NCBI GenBank assembly: GCA_963540515.1
Contig: CAUTNA010000004.1
Location: 585 to 64,584, forward strand
Length of the DNA stretch: 64,000 bases
Direction of reading: 5' to 3'
Source of the DNA: an uncultured Alphaproteobacteria bacterium
Lineage (GTDB): Bacteria; Pseudomonadota; Alphaproteobacteria; Rs-D84
In this document: one piece after another, positions 8,797-18,402 of the stretch
How positions within the stretch are numbered: the first letter of the stretch is position 1
How the letters are laid out: the number at the start of each line of letters is the position of its first letter
Translations under genes and position numbers: made by a program
Notes under the pieces: model-generated
What the model saw: the letters and a program-made list of their open reading frames with translations, nothing else
Told to the model about the DNA's origin: nothing
Databases searched by the model: none

Positions 8797-11700
8797 CTAA
8801 TTTTCTGATTTTTTTGGTGTAATAGATAAGCATAATCCTTGCAACTCACGAGTAAGCACATTAAATGCCTCAGGAGTTCCAATCTGAATATCATTATTTC
8901 CAGAAATTATAGAATCATACATCTTATTTCTACCAACTGTATCATCAGATTTAACAGTAAGCATTTCACGCAATAGGTGTGATGCACCATGTGCTTCTAA
9001 TGCCCAAACTTCCATTTCTCCAATTCTCTGTCCACCACCATGTGCTTTTCCAGATAATGGTTGCTGAGTAACTAGAGAATAACTTCCAGTAGATCTTGCA
9101 TGAACTTTTTCATCAACCAAGTGATGCAATTTCATCATATACATAACACCAACAGTTACATCTCTATCCAAAGCTTCACCTGTCATACCATCATATAACT
9201 TAAACTGACCAGAAAGTGGAAGTTTCGCAAGCTTTAACATAGATTTAATATCTTCAGGAGTAGCTCCATCAAATGTTGGAGTCGCCATAGGAACACCATC
9301 TTTTAATAAAGAAGCTTCTGTCCTAACATCTGTATCTGTCATTTTTTCTAATTTATCAGCAGTTTCTTTACCATAAATTTTACCCATAATCGAACGAAGA
9401 TCATCAGTAACTGCCCTTTTTTGCTTCACTTCTTCTAATATTTCACCAATCTGTTTACCAAGTGTCTTAGCAGCCATACCAAGGTGAGTTTCTAATATCT
9501 GTCCTATATTCATACGAGAAGGAACACCAAGTGGATTTAAAACTATATCAACAGGAGTACCATCTTCTAGATATGGCATATCCTCAATTGGTACAACCTT
9601 TGATACAATACCTTTATTTCCATGACGTCCTGCCATTTTATCACCAGGTTGTATTTTCATCTTATGAGCAATATAAACTTTTACTACTTTCAAAATACTT
9701 GCATTTGAAAGAGAACATGTCTCTGTAACCTTAGAAATTTCATTTTCTGCAACTTCTTTAAGTTGATTCAAAGTTAAAACATGTTTTTCATGAAGTTCAT
9801 CTATTTTTGATTGTACAGTTTTATCTTTTACAACCAACTTTTTCATATCTGATGATTTGATTCCTTCAAAAACTTCTGCTGTTAATTTCTTACCAATAAA
9901 AGGTTTTAGAGAACCACTTGCATTATCAATAATATTTCCCTCTGCAATTTGGAAAATTTGATCTGCAAAACTTTTTTCCATTATAGAAATCTTTTCATCA
10001 CGATTACGATTTATAGATTCTATTCTCTGGAGTTCAATCATTTGAGTTCTTTCATCTTTTTTAACACCATGTTTAGTAAGAACATTTACTCCAATTACAG
10101 TTCCCTCTTCATTTGGTCCAACACGAAGAGAAGTATCTTTAACATTTAAAGCTTTCTCACCAAAAATATCACGAAGAAGAGCTTCTTCTGGTGAAAGTAA
10201 TGTTTCAGATTTCGGAGATACTCTACCAACTAAAATATCACCTTGCTTTACTCTTGCACCAATATAAATAATACCCGACTCATCCAAATTCTTTAAAGCA
10301 TCTTCACTTACATTTGGAATATCTCTTGTGAAACTTTCTGGCCCTATTTGAGTATCTCTGATAGTGAACTCTTTTTCTACTATTTTAATAGATGTAAAGA
10401 CATCATCTCTTGATATTCTTTCTGATATTACAATACCGTCTTCATAGTTATAACCACGCCATGGCATAAATGCAACAAGTACATTCTTTCCAATAGCTAG
10501 TTCACCATAATTCATACAAGAACCATCAGCAAGGGTATCTCCAACAGATACTTTATCACCAACTTTAACAAGAGGTTTTTGATGTATTAAAGTATCATGA
10601 TTTGATCTTTCAAATTTCTCTAAATCATAAATATCAACACCAGTTACAACATTTCTGCTGTTCATACATTTAACAACTATTCTACTAGAATCAACAGATT
10701 CTACAACACCACTATGTTTTGCAATTTTTCCAGTTCTACTATCTTTTGCAACTTCACGTTCTATACCCGTTCCAACAAGTGGAGCATCAGAACGAAGAAG
10801 AGGAATAGCCTGACGTTGCATATTTGATCCCATAAGTGCTCTGTTAGAGTCATCATTTTCAACGAATGGAATAAGTCCAGTTGAAATTGAAACGATTTGT
10901 CTTGGTTCAACATCAATCAAATCAATTTCTTCTTTTGAAATTGTTGTAAAATCACCATCTACTCGAGCAGTTACATTATCTTCGATCAACATACCATCTG
11001 AATTAATAGGTGTATTTCCTTGAGCTATTTTATGTCCATATTCCTCGTCAGATGTTAAATACACCATCTTATCTGTAATCTTACCATTTTCTACAACATA
11101 ATAAGGAGTTTCTAAAAATCCGTATTTATTAACACGAGCAAATGTAGACAAGTGGGTAATTAAACCAATATTTGCACCTTCAGGAGTATGAATAGGACAC
11201 AAACGACCATAATGAGTAGGATGTACGTCACGAACTTCAATACCAGCTCTGTCTCTATTTAATCCACCAGGACCTAATGCAGAAATAACTCTTTTATTTT
11301 CAAGTTCTGCCAATGGATTATATGCTTCCATAAATTGAGATAGAGGTGAAATTCTTAAAAATTCTGATAAAACAGACATCAAAGGTTTTGCATCAACAAT
11401 ATCTTGCGGTTGCATATTATTTGCAGAACTTAAAGCTTCTTTTATATTTCTTTCTACTTGTGCCATTCCAGCTTTAAAATTCTGTTCGAATAATTCACCA
11501 ACAGTTCTTATTCTACGATTTGATAAACTATCTATATCATCAATTGTATCATTTCCATCTATTATATTGATTAAAACCTTAAGTATTTTTAAAACATCTT
11601 TCTTAGAAAGTAGTCTTTCTTCATCAGGATCTTTATCAGAATCAAGTTTTAAACGTTTATTCATTTTAAATCTACCAACAGCAGACATATCATAAAATCT

Positions 11701-12930
11701 TGAATCAAAACCTTGACGAGCAAATAAATTTGCAGCAGCCTCTATTGTTGGACGCTCACCAGGTCTTATTATATTATAAATTTCTATTAAAGCTTCTTCT
11801 CTGGAAGAAGAGTTATCAGCAACTAATGTATTTCTGATATGTGAAGAAATTGTTTTATTATCAATAGCAATTATTGATAAATTCTTAATATCCATTTTTA
11901 ATAAACCAGATAATACATCTTCAGTAATTTCTGTACCAGAATTATATATAACTTGTTCATCAACAATAACAGGATCAAATAAGAAACAACCTATTAAAGA
12001 TTCAGACTTTAAAGCAAACTTCTTATCTGAAATTTTAGATAAATTTCTTACATTTAGTCTTTCGCCTTTTGATAAAATAACCTTACCATCTTTTACATTC
12101 AATAAATCATAATTTAAACGATAATTTTTTAAACCATCAAAAGAAGATAAATCACCAGACCATAAATCATTAGATATTAAAGATAGTTCTATCTTATTAT
12201 AAAAATTAGATAATATTTCAGTATCACTCATACCTTTTATTGATAATTTTCTTGGATCTGCAACCCATTTTTTCTCATCATCAATAGATGGAAGACAACG
12301 TAAAAATGTAGTAGCTGTGATTTTACGACGTCTATCAATTCTTACATAAATAACACCTTTTGCTTCTTCAAAGTCTATCCAACTTCCTCTTTCTGGAATT
12401 ATTCTTGCAGTATAAGTTGTTGGATTTCCTGCAATTCTTGATTCTTTTGTTTTAGCGAATATAACACCTTGAGATCTGTGCATCTGAGATATAACAACCT
12501 TCTCAACACCAGATATAATAATACTTCCTCTTTCAGTCATAAGAGGAACTTCGCCCATAAAAACTTCTTGTTCTTTTATTTCACGTAATTCTTTCTTACC
12601 ATCTTCTAAGATATTCCATAAAACTAAACGTAATTTTAACTTTAATTTTCTTGAGTATGTTAAATCTCTTAACATACATTCTTTTACATTGTATAAAGGT
12701 TTATCCAGTTTATATTCAATAAATTCTAAATCTGCAAGACCACCACTATCTTTTATTGGAAAAACAGAAGAAAAAACTTTTTGTAATCCAATATTTTTTC
12801 TTGCAGAAGGTTCAACATCAGCTTGTAAAAAATCTTTATATGAACCATATTGAATATCTACCAAATCAGGAAGAGCTGTTTTAAAAAAACTTTTACCAAA
12901 AGATTTTCTAAGTTTCTGAATAACTGCCAT
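8797..12930 (-). CDS. rpoB: DNA-directed RNA polymerase subunit beta
   Basis: 1377 aa; conserved RpoB blocks throughout, for example GEMEVWALEAHGA. Confidence 0.95.
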   Translation of the reverse strand: MAVIQKLRKSFGKSFFKTALPDLVDIQYGSYKDFLQADVEPSARKNIGLQKVFSSVFPIKDSGGLADLEFIEYKLDKPLYNVKECMLRDLTYSRKLKLKLRLVLWNILEDGKKELREIKEQEVFMGEVPLMTERGSIIISGVEKVVISQMHRSQGVIFAKTKESRIAGNPTTYTARIIPERGSWIDFEEAKGVIYVRIDRRRKITATTFLRCLPSIDDEKKWVADPRKLSIKGMSDTEILSNFYNKIELSLISNDLWSGDLSSFDGLKNYRLNYDLLNVKDGKVILSKGERLNVRNLSKISDKKFALKSESLIGCFLFDPVIVDEQVIYNSGTEITEDVLSGLLKMDIKNLSIIAIDNKTISSHIRNTLVADNSSSREEALIEIYNIIRPGERPTIEAAANLFARQGFDSRFYDMSAVGRFKMNKRLKLDSDKDPDEERLLSKKDVLKILKVLINIIDGNDTIDDIDSLSNRRIRTVGELFEQNFKAGMAQVERNIKEALSSANNMQPQDIVDAKPLMSVLSEFLRISPLSQFMEAYNPLAELENKRVISALGPGGLNRDRAGIEVRDVHPTHYGRLCPIHTPEGANIGLITHLSTFARVNKYGFLETPYYVVENGKITDKMVYLTSDEEYGHKIAQGNTPINSDGMLIEDNVTARVDGDFTTISKEEIDLIDVEPRQIVSISTGLIPFVENDDSNRALMGSNMQRQAIPLLRSDAPLVGTGIEREVAKDSRTGKIAKHSGVVESVDSSRIVVKCMNSRNVVTGVDIYDLEKFERSNHDTLIHQKPLVKVGDKVSVGDTLADGSCMNYGELAIGKNVLVAFMPWRGYNYEDGIVISERISRDDVFTSIKIVEKEFTIRDTQIGPESFTRDIPNVSEDALKNLDESGIIYIGARVKQGDILVGRVSPKSETLLSPEEALLRDIFGEKALNVKDTSLRVGPNEEGTVIGVNVLTKHGVKKDERTQMIELQRIESINRNRDEKISIMEKSFADQIFQIAEGNIIDNASGSLKPFIGKKLTAEVFEGIKSSDMKKLVVKDKTVQSKIDELHEKHVLTLNQLKEVAENEISKVTETCSLSNASILKVVKVYIAHKMKIQPGDKMAGRHGNKGIVSKVVPIEDMPYLEDGTPVDIVLNPLGVPSRMNIGQILETHLGMAAKTLGKQIGEILEEVKQKRAVTDDLRSIMGKIYGKETADKLEKMTDTDVRTEASLLKDGVPMATPTFDGATPEDIKSMLKLAKLPLSGQFKLYDGMTGEALDRDVTVGVMYMMKLHHLVDEKVHARSTGSYSLVTQQPLSGKAHGGGQRIGEMEVWALEAHGASHLLREMLTVKSDDTVGRNKMYDSIISGNNDIQIGTPEAFNVLTRELQGLCLSITPKKSEN

Positions 12931-12945
12931 CCAATAACTCCTTTA

Positions 12946-12982
12946 CACAAAAAAATCATTAGTGCAGTATGAAAACTGCACT
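12946..12982 (-). terminator. rplL-rpoB intergenic attenuator: 8-bp stem AGTGCAGT/ACTGCACT followed, on the minus-strand transcript, by AATGATTTTTTTGTG
   Basis: Hairpin and U-run seen in the sequence, in the same position as the partial terminator known between rplL and rpoB in other bacteria. Confidence 0.45.
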
Positions 12983-12995
12983 AAATTATTTATAA

Positions 12996-13364
12996 TTATT
13001 TCAATTCTACTTTTGCACCAGCTGCTTCTAAAGATGTTTTCAATTTTTCAGCTTCTTCTTTTGCAACTGCTTCTTTAACAGCTTTTGGAGCGGATTCAAC
13101 TAAAGTTTTTGCTTCATTCAAGCCAAGACCTGTGATTTCTTTAACAGCTTTAATAACTGCTAATTTATTAGCACCCATTTCTTTTAAAATAACATCAAAC
13201 TCTGTCTTTTCCTCTACAGCTGCAGCACCTGCACCAGGAGCTGCAACAGCAACAGCTGCCGCTGCTGATACTCCCCAAGTTTCTTCCAAAGCTTTAGATA
13301 ATTCTACAGCTTCTAAAACTGTTAATTTTGATAATTCTTCAACGATTTTTTTAATATCTGCCAT
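12996..13364 (-). CDS. rplL: 50S ribosomal protein L7/L12
   Basis: 122 aa; Ala-rich hinge and a conserved C-terminal domain. Confidence 0.9.
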   Translation of the reverse strand: MADIKKIVEELSKLTVLEAVELSKALEETWGVSAAAAVAVAAPGAGAAAVEEKTEFDVILKEMGANKLAVIKAVKEITGLGLNEAKTLVESAPKAVKEAVAKEEAEKLKTSLEAAGAKVELK

Positions 13365-13378
13365 TTTTAAACTCCATA

Positions 13379-13852
13379 TTATTTATTTCCATACTCTGAA
13401 GAAACACGTGCTAATCTTGATGCAGGTTCTACCAATATACGAGCAATTGTACCACGAATTTCTTGTAAAGAAGGAAGTTTTGATAATTCGATAATTTCAT
13501 TAACACCTAAAACATTTGCATCCATTTTACCACCAACAATGCTCAATTTTGGGTGTTCTTTAACAAAATTAGCTAAAATTTTTGTAACCGCTAAACCATC
13601 TGTTGTAATAGCTACAGCAGTTGGCTTTTTCATAAAATCAGAAACAGCTTCAAAACTGGTATCTTTTAAAGCAATCTTCATCAATCTGTTTTTAATAACC
13701 TTAAATAGAGAAACACTATCACGTAAGTCTTTACGCAACTGTTCCATTTCTCTAACAGTCAAACCTTGATTTTCAACTATAAAAACACCGTTTGCAGAAG
13801 CTAATGATGACTTTAACGCAGAAACTAAATTTGATTTCTCATCACGTCTCAT
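13379..13852 (-). CDS. rplJ: 50S ribosomal protein L10 (start moved to the internal Met of MRRDEKSNL; the supplied ORF extends 28 codons further upstream)
   Basis: L10 family similarity. AAGGA lies 10 nt upstream of the chosen ATG. The longer ORF would read through the structured leader. Confidence 0.8.
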   Translation of the reverse strand: MRRDEKSNLVSALKSSLASANGVFIVENQGLTVREMEQLRKDLRDSVSLFKVIKNRLMKIALKDTSFEAVSDFMKKPTAVAITTDGLAVTKILANFVKEHPKLSIVGGKMDANVLGVNEIIELSKLPSLQEIRGTIARILVEPASRLARVSSEYGNK

Positions 13853-14012
13853 TTTGCTATTTCCTTTACAAACTAATGCGTATTTTAATACGCGACCAAC
13901 TTTCCAACTTTTCAGTTGGGACTTTTCCTGTCCCAAATTTTATTTGTCTATGATGGAAATTAAGTTTTATTAAACACCATCAGTCTTGGACAGAAATTTC
14001 TTTTATAAAACC
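13853..14012 (-). promoter_or_regulatory. Candidate structured rplJ leader (L10 autoregulatory region) containing several short hairpins (GCGTATT/AATACGC, CCAACT/AGTTGG, GGAC/GTCC)
   Basis: A 160-nt untranslated gap between rplA and rplJ with several inverted repeats. By analogy to the L10(L12)4-binding leader; not verified. Confidence 0.3.
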
Positions 14013-14687
14013 TTATTTTACCTCTACTTTTAATCCTGGTCCCTGAGTACTTGAAATCCAAGCACCTAAAATATATTGACCTTTTGAGGTTGAAGGTTTT
14101 ACTTTTTTTAATTGCTCGACTAAAGCTTTTATATTTTCTACTAAACTTTCTGTTTTAAAAGACATTTTACCAACACCTGCATGAATTAAACCTTTTTTCT
14201 CAGCACGATATTCAATCTGTCCAGCTTTAGCAACTTTTACAGCTTCTTCTATATTATTTGTAACAGTTCCAAGTTTAGGGTTTGGCATCATACCTTTTGG
14301 TCCTAATATTTTTGCAACTTTAGACATTTTTGGCATCATAGATGGAGTTGCAATAACTCTATCAAACTCAATAAAACCGTTTGCAATTTTATCAATTAAT
14401 TCTGTTCCTCCAACAATATCAGCACCCGCTTTCTTAGCCAAATCTTGATCAGATTCAGAGATAACAGCAACTCTTATAGTTTTTCCAGTACCATTAGGAA
14501 GAGATACCATACCACGAACATTTTGATCAGCTTTTGTAACATCTATACCAAGACGAACCACAAAATCTAAAGTTTCATCAAATTTAGAAGAAGAATATTT
14601 TTTTAAAACTTCAACAGCCTCACTTAAAGAATAAACTTTTTCAAAATCTATATCTGCCCAAGTTTTTTGTCTTTTTGTAATTTTCAT
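14013..14687 (-). CDS. rplA: 50S ribosomal protein L1
   Basis: 224 aa, L1 family. Confidence 0.9.
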   Translation of the reverse strand: MKITKRQKTWADIDFEKVYSLSEAVEVLKKYSSSKFDETLDFVVRLGIDVTKADQNVRGMVSLPNGTGKTIRVAVISESDQDLAKKAGADIVGGTELIDKIANGFIEFDRVIATPSMMPKMSKVAKILGPKGMMPNPKLGTVTNNIEEAVKVAKAGQIEYRAEKKGLIHAGVGKMSFKTESLVENIKALVEQLKKVKPSTSKGQYILGAWISSTQGPGLKVEVK

Positions 14688-14691
14688 AATA

Positions 14692-15123
14692 TTAACCCTC
14701 CACCTTTACACCCATGGAACGACATTGACCAGCAACTATATTACAAGCAGATTCAATAGAAGAACAATTCAAATCAGGTAATTTACTTTCTGCTATTTTC
14801 TTTATTTGTTCATTTGTTAGACTTCCAACAAAATCACGACCAGGTTTTTTAGAACCAGATTTTAAATTCAGAGCTTTTTTAATATAATGTGATACAGGTG
14901 GCAACTTTGTTATAAATTCGAAAGAACGATCAGTATAAACTGTAATAATACAAGGTATCGGCATACCTTGCTCTTTATCAGCAGTTCTTTCATTAAACTG
15001 TTTACAAAATTCCATAATATTAACACCAGCAGAACCTAAAGCTGGACCAAGTGGAGGTGTAGGAGTCGCTTGCTTTGCAGGCACAACAACCTTTACCATT
15101 CCTTTAACTTCTTTTTTTGCCAT
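14692..15123 (-). CDS. rplK: 50S ribosomal protein L11
   Basis: 143 aa; the conserved L11 N-terminal PPVGPALG motif is present. Confidence 0.9.
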   Translation of the reverse strand: MAKKEVKGMVKVVVPAKQATPTPPLGPALGSAGVNIMEFCKQFNERTADKEQGMPIPCIITVYTDRSFEFITKLPPVSHYIKKALNLKSGSKKPGRDFVGSLTNEQIKKIAESKLPDLNCSSIESACNIVAGQCRSMGVKVEG

Positions 15124-15177
15124 TTTTTACTCCATCTTTATAAATCAGTCGATCGTATTTTACAATCAACAAGAGTT

Positions 15178-15204
15178 GTGGTCCGACTATAGCGAGTCTA
15201 CCAC
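15178..15204 (-). promoter_or_regulatory. Candidate rplK leader hairpin (GTGGT...ACCAC with a nested GACT/AGTC stem), a possible L1 autoregulatory site
   Basis: Inverted repeat in the 92-nt nusG-rplK spacer; function assigned by analogy only. Confidence 0.2.
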
Positions 15205-15215
15205 AAAATCACAGA

Positions 15216-15737
15216 TTAATTTTTCTCAACCTGTGAAAATTCCAAATCAACACTAGTCTCACGACCAAAAACCAAAATATTAACAGTCATTTTTTGTTTT
15301 AAAAGATCAACCTCAGATACCACTCCATTAAAGTTAGCAAAAGGACCATCTATAACTTTAACCTCTTGACCAACTTCATAAATTAAGTCTTCTGCTAAAA
15401 CACTACCTTCTTCAGCCTGTCTTATCAACCTTCTTGCTTCATCTTCTGTTATAGCGACAGGTTTGTTTTTTTGACCAATAAACATAGCAACATTTGGTGT
15501 TAATTTTACCAAAGAAAAACTTTCATCTGTCATTGTCATTTGAATTATAATATAACCTGGAAAAAATTTTTTTTCTGATTTAACACGTTTACCAGCTTTA
15601 ATCTCCATAACCTCACGAGTAGGTACAAGCAATTCACCAAACAAAGCGTTCAAATGATGTTTATCTATTTGTTCACGTAAGTCACGAACAACTTTATCTT
15701 CACAACCTGTACGAACACTAACAACAAACCACTGCAT
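15216..15737 (-). CDS. nusG: Transcription termination/antitermination factor NusG
   Basis: 173 aa; NGN domain plus a C-terminal KOW motif. Confidence 0.9.
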   Translation of the reverse strand: MQWFVVSVRTGCEDKVVRDLREQIDKHHLNALFGELLVPTREVMEIKAGKRVKSEKKFFPGYIIIQMTMTDESFSLVKLTPNVAMFIGQKNKPVAITEDEARRLIRQAEEGSVLAEDLIYEVGQEVKVIDGPFANFNGVVSEVDLLKQKMTVNILVFGRETSVDLEFSQVEKN

Positions 15738-15750
15738 TTTTTCCCCTTAT

Positions 15751-15930
15751 CTAAAAGATCCAAGTCACCAATTTATTTAAAACACTGTCTGTAATAAAGA
15801 AAAATAAAACAGAAAGTCCAGAGAAAGCAAAAACCATAATAACAGTCTTTATAACAGTATTTCTATCTGGCCAAACAATCTTAAACCACTCTCTGCGCAC
15901 AGATTTTACAAATTCAAACAAACGTTTCAT
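15751..15930 (-). CDS. secE: Preprotein translocase subunit SecE (59 aa; start moved to MKRLFEF)
   Basis: Single TM segment followed by the conserved SecE C-terminus. The 123-aa ORF in the track would overlap tRNA-Trp, so the internal start is preferred. Confidence 0.8.
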   Translation of the reverse strand: MKRLFEFVKSVRREWFKIVWPDRNTVIKTVIMVFAFSGLSVLFFFITDSVLNKLVTWIF

Positions 15931-15947
15931 AATACCTTTCCTAAAGG

Positions 15948-16021
15948 TGGCAGGGGCAGAAGGAATCGAACCCTCATCCGCGGTTTTGGAGACCGATATT
16001 CTACCATTGAACCATGCCCCT
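15948..16021 (-). tRNA. tRNA-Trp (anticodon CCA)
   Basis: Cloverleaf on the reverse complement: acceptor AGGGGCA/TGCCCCT, anticodon loop CTCCAAA, T-loop GGTTCGATTCC, encoded CCA. Its position just upstream of secE is the classical one. Confidence 0.85.
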
Positions 16022-16107
16022 AGACAAGCGCCATCCTTAAAAAACAACCTCAACCAGAATTTTAAAGTTGAAATTAGCATAAAAACAGCACAAATCAAGT
16101 AGAAACT

Positions 16108-16136
16108 ATTATAATTTTTCAAAATTCTTTAAGCAA
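16108..16136 (-). promoter_or_regulatory. Near-consensus sigma-70 promoter for tRNA-Trp-secE-nusG: TTGCTT, 17-nt spacer, TATAAT, read on the minus strand
   Basis: Hexamers and spacing seen directly, about 80 nt upstream of the tRNA 5' end. Confidence 0.4.
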
Positions 16137-16237
16137 GTATAAATTTTGAAATAAGGTTTTTAAATGATAACTGTTTTTTACTTGCGCTTTTATGTATATT
16201 TTTTCTAAACTTTCAAGAAGAAGTAAAGAGAGAAATT

Positions 16238-16918
16238 TTGAATAATAACAGTATAGAGCCTTCCAAATTACTTTCAAGAATAATTATTTTTATTCTCGCT
16301 TCTTCTTTTGTATCAATCATTGTTCTTATTCTTGCAATTGTTAATATTTTTCCACTAGAAAAAACTCAATTATTTTTTCTTACAACAGAAACTCCTAAAG
16401 ATATCGAAGTTAACATAACCTCTTTTATGCCAAATAAAGATAATTTAGAGACTTTGAAAGAATCTTTTATTAAAGAGTATATAAAAGTTAGAAATGAAAT
16501 AGTACCGGATGCTAACTTTATGAGAAAAAAATGGTCAGCAACAAATGAAGGATATGTATATTTATGGAGTTCTGAAAATATATTTAAGTCATTTACAAAA
16601 ACATCTATGTGGAACGCATATATGAATGATAAACCAGATATTGAATTTAATTGTCCTGTCGAATTTACGAGCATAAAACCTTGGTCATCTTCTGATAATA
16701 CTTACGCTGTAAGTTTTAGATACTTCTGTTCAGATATTAATAGACAAACACTTAAGAAAGATTATACAATACTTGTAAAAATAGAGATTGAAAATAAGTT
16801 AAAATGGACTGAAAGATTACAAAATCCACTTGGAATAAAAGTTGTAGAATATAAAATAGAGACAGGGGAAAATGATCCTTTAGATTTTGGTTTAAATTAT
16901 GGTTCATCTAAAGAATAA
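16238..16918 (+). CDS. virB8: Type IV secretion system protein VirB8 (TTG start)
   Basis: 226 aa with an N-terminal cytoplasmic segment, one TM, and a periplasmic domain ending in the VirB8 signature NPLGIKVVEYK (NPxG motif). It is followed in an operon by VirB9- and VirB10-like genes. Confidence 0.6.
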   Translation: MNNNSIEPSKLLSRIIIFILASSFVSIIVLILAIVNIFPLEKTQLFFLTTETPKDIEVNITSFMPNKDNLETLKESFIKEYIKVRNEIVPDANFMRKKWSATNEGYVYLWSSENIFKSFTKTSMWNAYMNDKPDIEFNCPVEFTSIKPWSSSDNTYAVSFRYFCSDINRQTLKKDYTILVKIEIENKLKWTERLQNPLGIKVVEYKIETGENDPLDFGLNYGSSKE

Positions 16919-16932
16919 ATTAAAGGAAGAAG

Positions 16933-18402
16933 ATGTTTAGTATTGTTAGATTCTTATTTTTTATAATAATTTTATCAATTACAGAAAATTCAAAAGCTGT
17001 AGGAGAATATGGAGTTCAAGAAGCATGGGACAACCCGACAGCAAATATGACTGCAGGAAGTATTAAACCAGGTTATGCACAACTTTCTTGGTCTCAAGGT
17101 ACGGTTCTTCCTATAAAACTCAGGCATGGTATGGTAACTATGATAACTCTACCAGAAGGTGAAGAAATAGAAGATGGTATTGTTGGAGCAGATGGTTTGT
17201 TTGATCTTAAAGCAAATAAGGGGGCAAGAACTTTTCACTTAAGTCCATCTGGAAGTAATCAAGGAGCAGATACAAATTTAATTATAACTGGTAGATCTGG
17301 TAATAAATATTTATTTTATTTAAGAAGTGAACCTTCTAATTCAAGTGAAATTACTTATTCACAAGTCGATATTGTATTAGAAGGAAATGGAACTATTCAA
17401 AATACATCTGTATCTAATTCATCTTATGCTGGAATGAATTCTATTTTTAAGAAAGAATCAAGAAGTTCTCTTGGAGTTGATGGAGAAGATTATGGTTGGA
17501 TAAAAACTATGAAAATAGATCCTTCAGAATTCAGGTTTGATATAGATATTTTTGTACCAAATCCTGACGATTATGTCATAGCACCCGAGCGAGTTTGGAG
17601 AGATAGAATATTTACCTATATTGATTTTGGGGATAAAGTTATAGCTATGACTCAAAGACCAGTTGTATCTCTGTTAGTTGAAGGTGGTGAAAGCCCTGTT
17701 GGTTTCAGAACAGATGGAGAAAATGGAAGACTTTTAATAATTGAAGCTGTTGGAGATATGGTGCTTCGTAGTGGACAACGAATTGTCTGTATAAAAAGAC
17801 GTTCAAAACCATTCTTAATAACAGATACTTCAAGTGTTATGGCTCTTGCGGAGGCAAATGTCGCAAAATCTATGACTTCTAATCAATCTTTTAATAATGT
17901 TGGTTATAATAATTTTGGTAGTGGTATTAATAATACACCTTTGAACTCTAACATGATGCAGACACCTCAAAATAATTCAATAGGAAATTATAATAATTAT
18001 CAAACTCGAAGCAGTGATACTGTTCACATGTTGCCAACAGAAAGAAATACTGCAGGATCATACTTACCAACTTCTGGTATTCCACTTATATCAAGTAATC
18101 AAAAAGGTGTTGCAATCGAATTACAATCAGACACATCTGTAAAGGCATTGAATGATTATTGGACAGGACTTATTGCTAAGTTCAGTGGAGATGATGGAAA
18201 AGGAATACTCACACCTTATAAAAATATGGTATTCTTTGCAGTTGATGAACAAGGTGTTGGGGAACTAGGATCAGAGTCCGTTGCATCTCGTTTATACAGA
18301 TTAAGAATAGGACCATTAAAAGATATGGATACAGCACAAAGCCTTTGTGATAAACTTTTGAAGTTCTCTGGAACAATATGTAAAATTGTACGTGTTCAAT
18401 AA
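16933..18402 (+). CDS. virB9: VirB9/TrbG-like T4SS protein with an N/Q-rich linker and a C-terminal SPOR-like domain
   Basis: Signal peptide; VirB9 N-domain (TNLIITGRSGNKYLFYL); VirB9 C-domain (TYIDFGDK...PVVSLLVEGGESPVGFRTDGEN...VGDMVLRSGQRIVCI). The C-terminal ~100 aa resemble a SPOR domain (YRLRIGPLKDMDTAQSLCDKL, paired Cys), comparable to the SPOR tail of the DacA homolog in this window. Confidence 0.55.
   Translation: MFSIVRFLFFIIILSITENSKAVGEYGVQEAWDNPTANMTAGSIKPGYAQLSWSQGTVLPIKLRHGMVTMITLPEGEEIEDGIVGADGLFDLKANKGARTFHLSPSGSNQGADTNLIITGRSGNKYLFYLRSEPSNSSEITYSQVDIVLEGNGTIQNTSVSNSSYAGMNSIFKKESRSSLGVDGEDYGWIKTMKIDPSEFRFDIDIFVPNPDDYVIAPERVWRDRIFTYIDFGDKVIAMTQRPVVSLLVEGGESPVGFRTDGENGRLLIIEAVGDMVLRSGQRIVCIKRRSKPFLITDTSSVMALAEANVAKSMTSNQSFNNVGYNNFGSGINNTPLNSNMMQTPQNNSIGNYNNYQTRSSDTVHMLPTERNTAGSYLPTSGIPLISSNQKGVAIELQSDTSVKALNDYWTGLIAKFSGDDGKGILTPYKNMVFFAVDEQGVGELGSESVASRLYRLRIGPLKDMDTAQSLCDKLLKFSGTICKIVRVQ

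Noticed and set aside
4608-12930. Numerous 60-170 aa ORFs on the + strand inside rpoC/rpoB (for example 4608..5111, 4885..5103, 6004..6189, 7684..7887, 9531..9728, 9949..10149), plus similar antisense ORFs inside rplL/rplJ, virB8, virB10, nrdD, kefB, the RND pump, uvrD and the VirB6-like genes.
   Set aside because: They are fully embedded antisense to long, confidently identified genes, have low-complexity F/L/I/Y-rich translations typical of AT-rich antisense frames, and lack ribosome-binding sites.
15751-16122. The 123-aa version of the secE ORF, the 185-aa version of rplJ (13379..13936) and the 88-aa version of rpmE (53507..53773).
   Set aside because: The extended N-termini would overlap tRNA-Trp or run through the untranslated leader, and they lack homology. 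Internal Met starts with Shine-Dalgarno sequences give canonical protein lengths.
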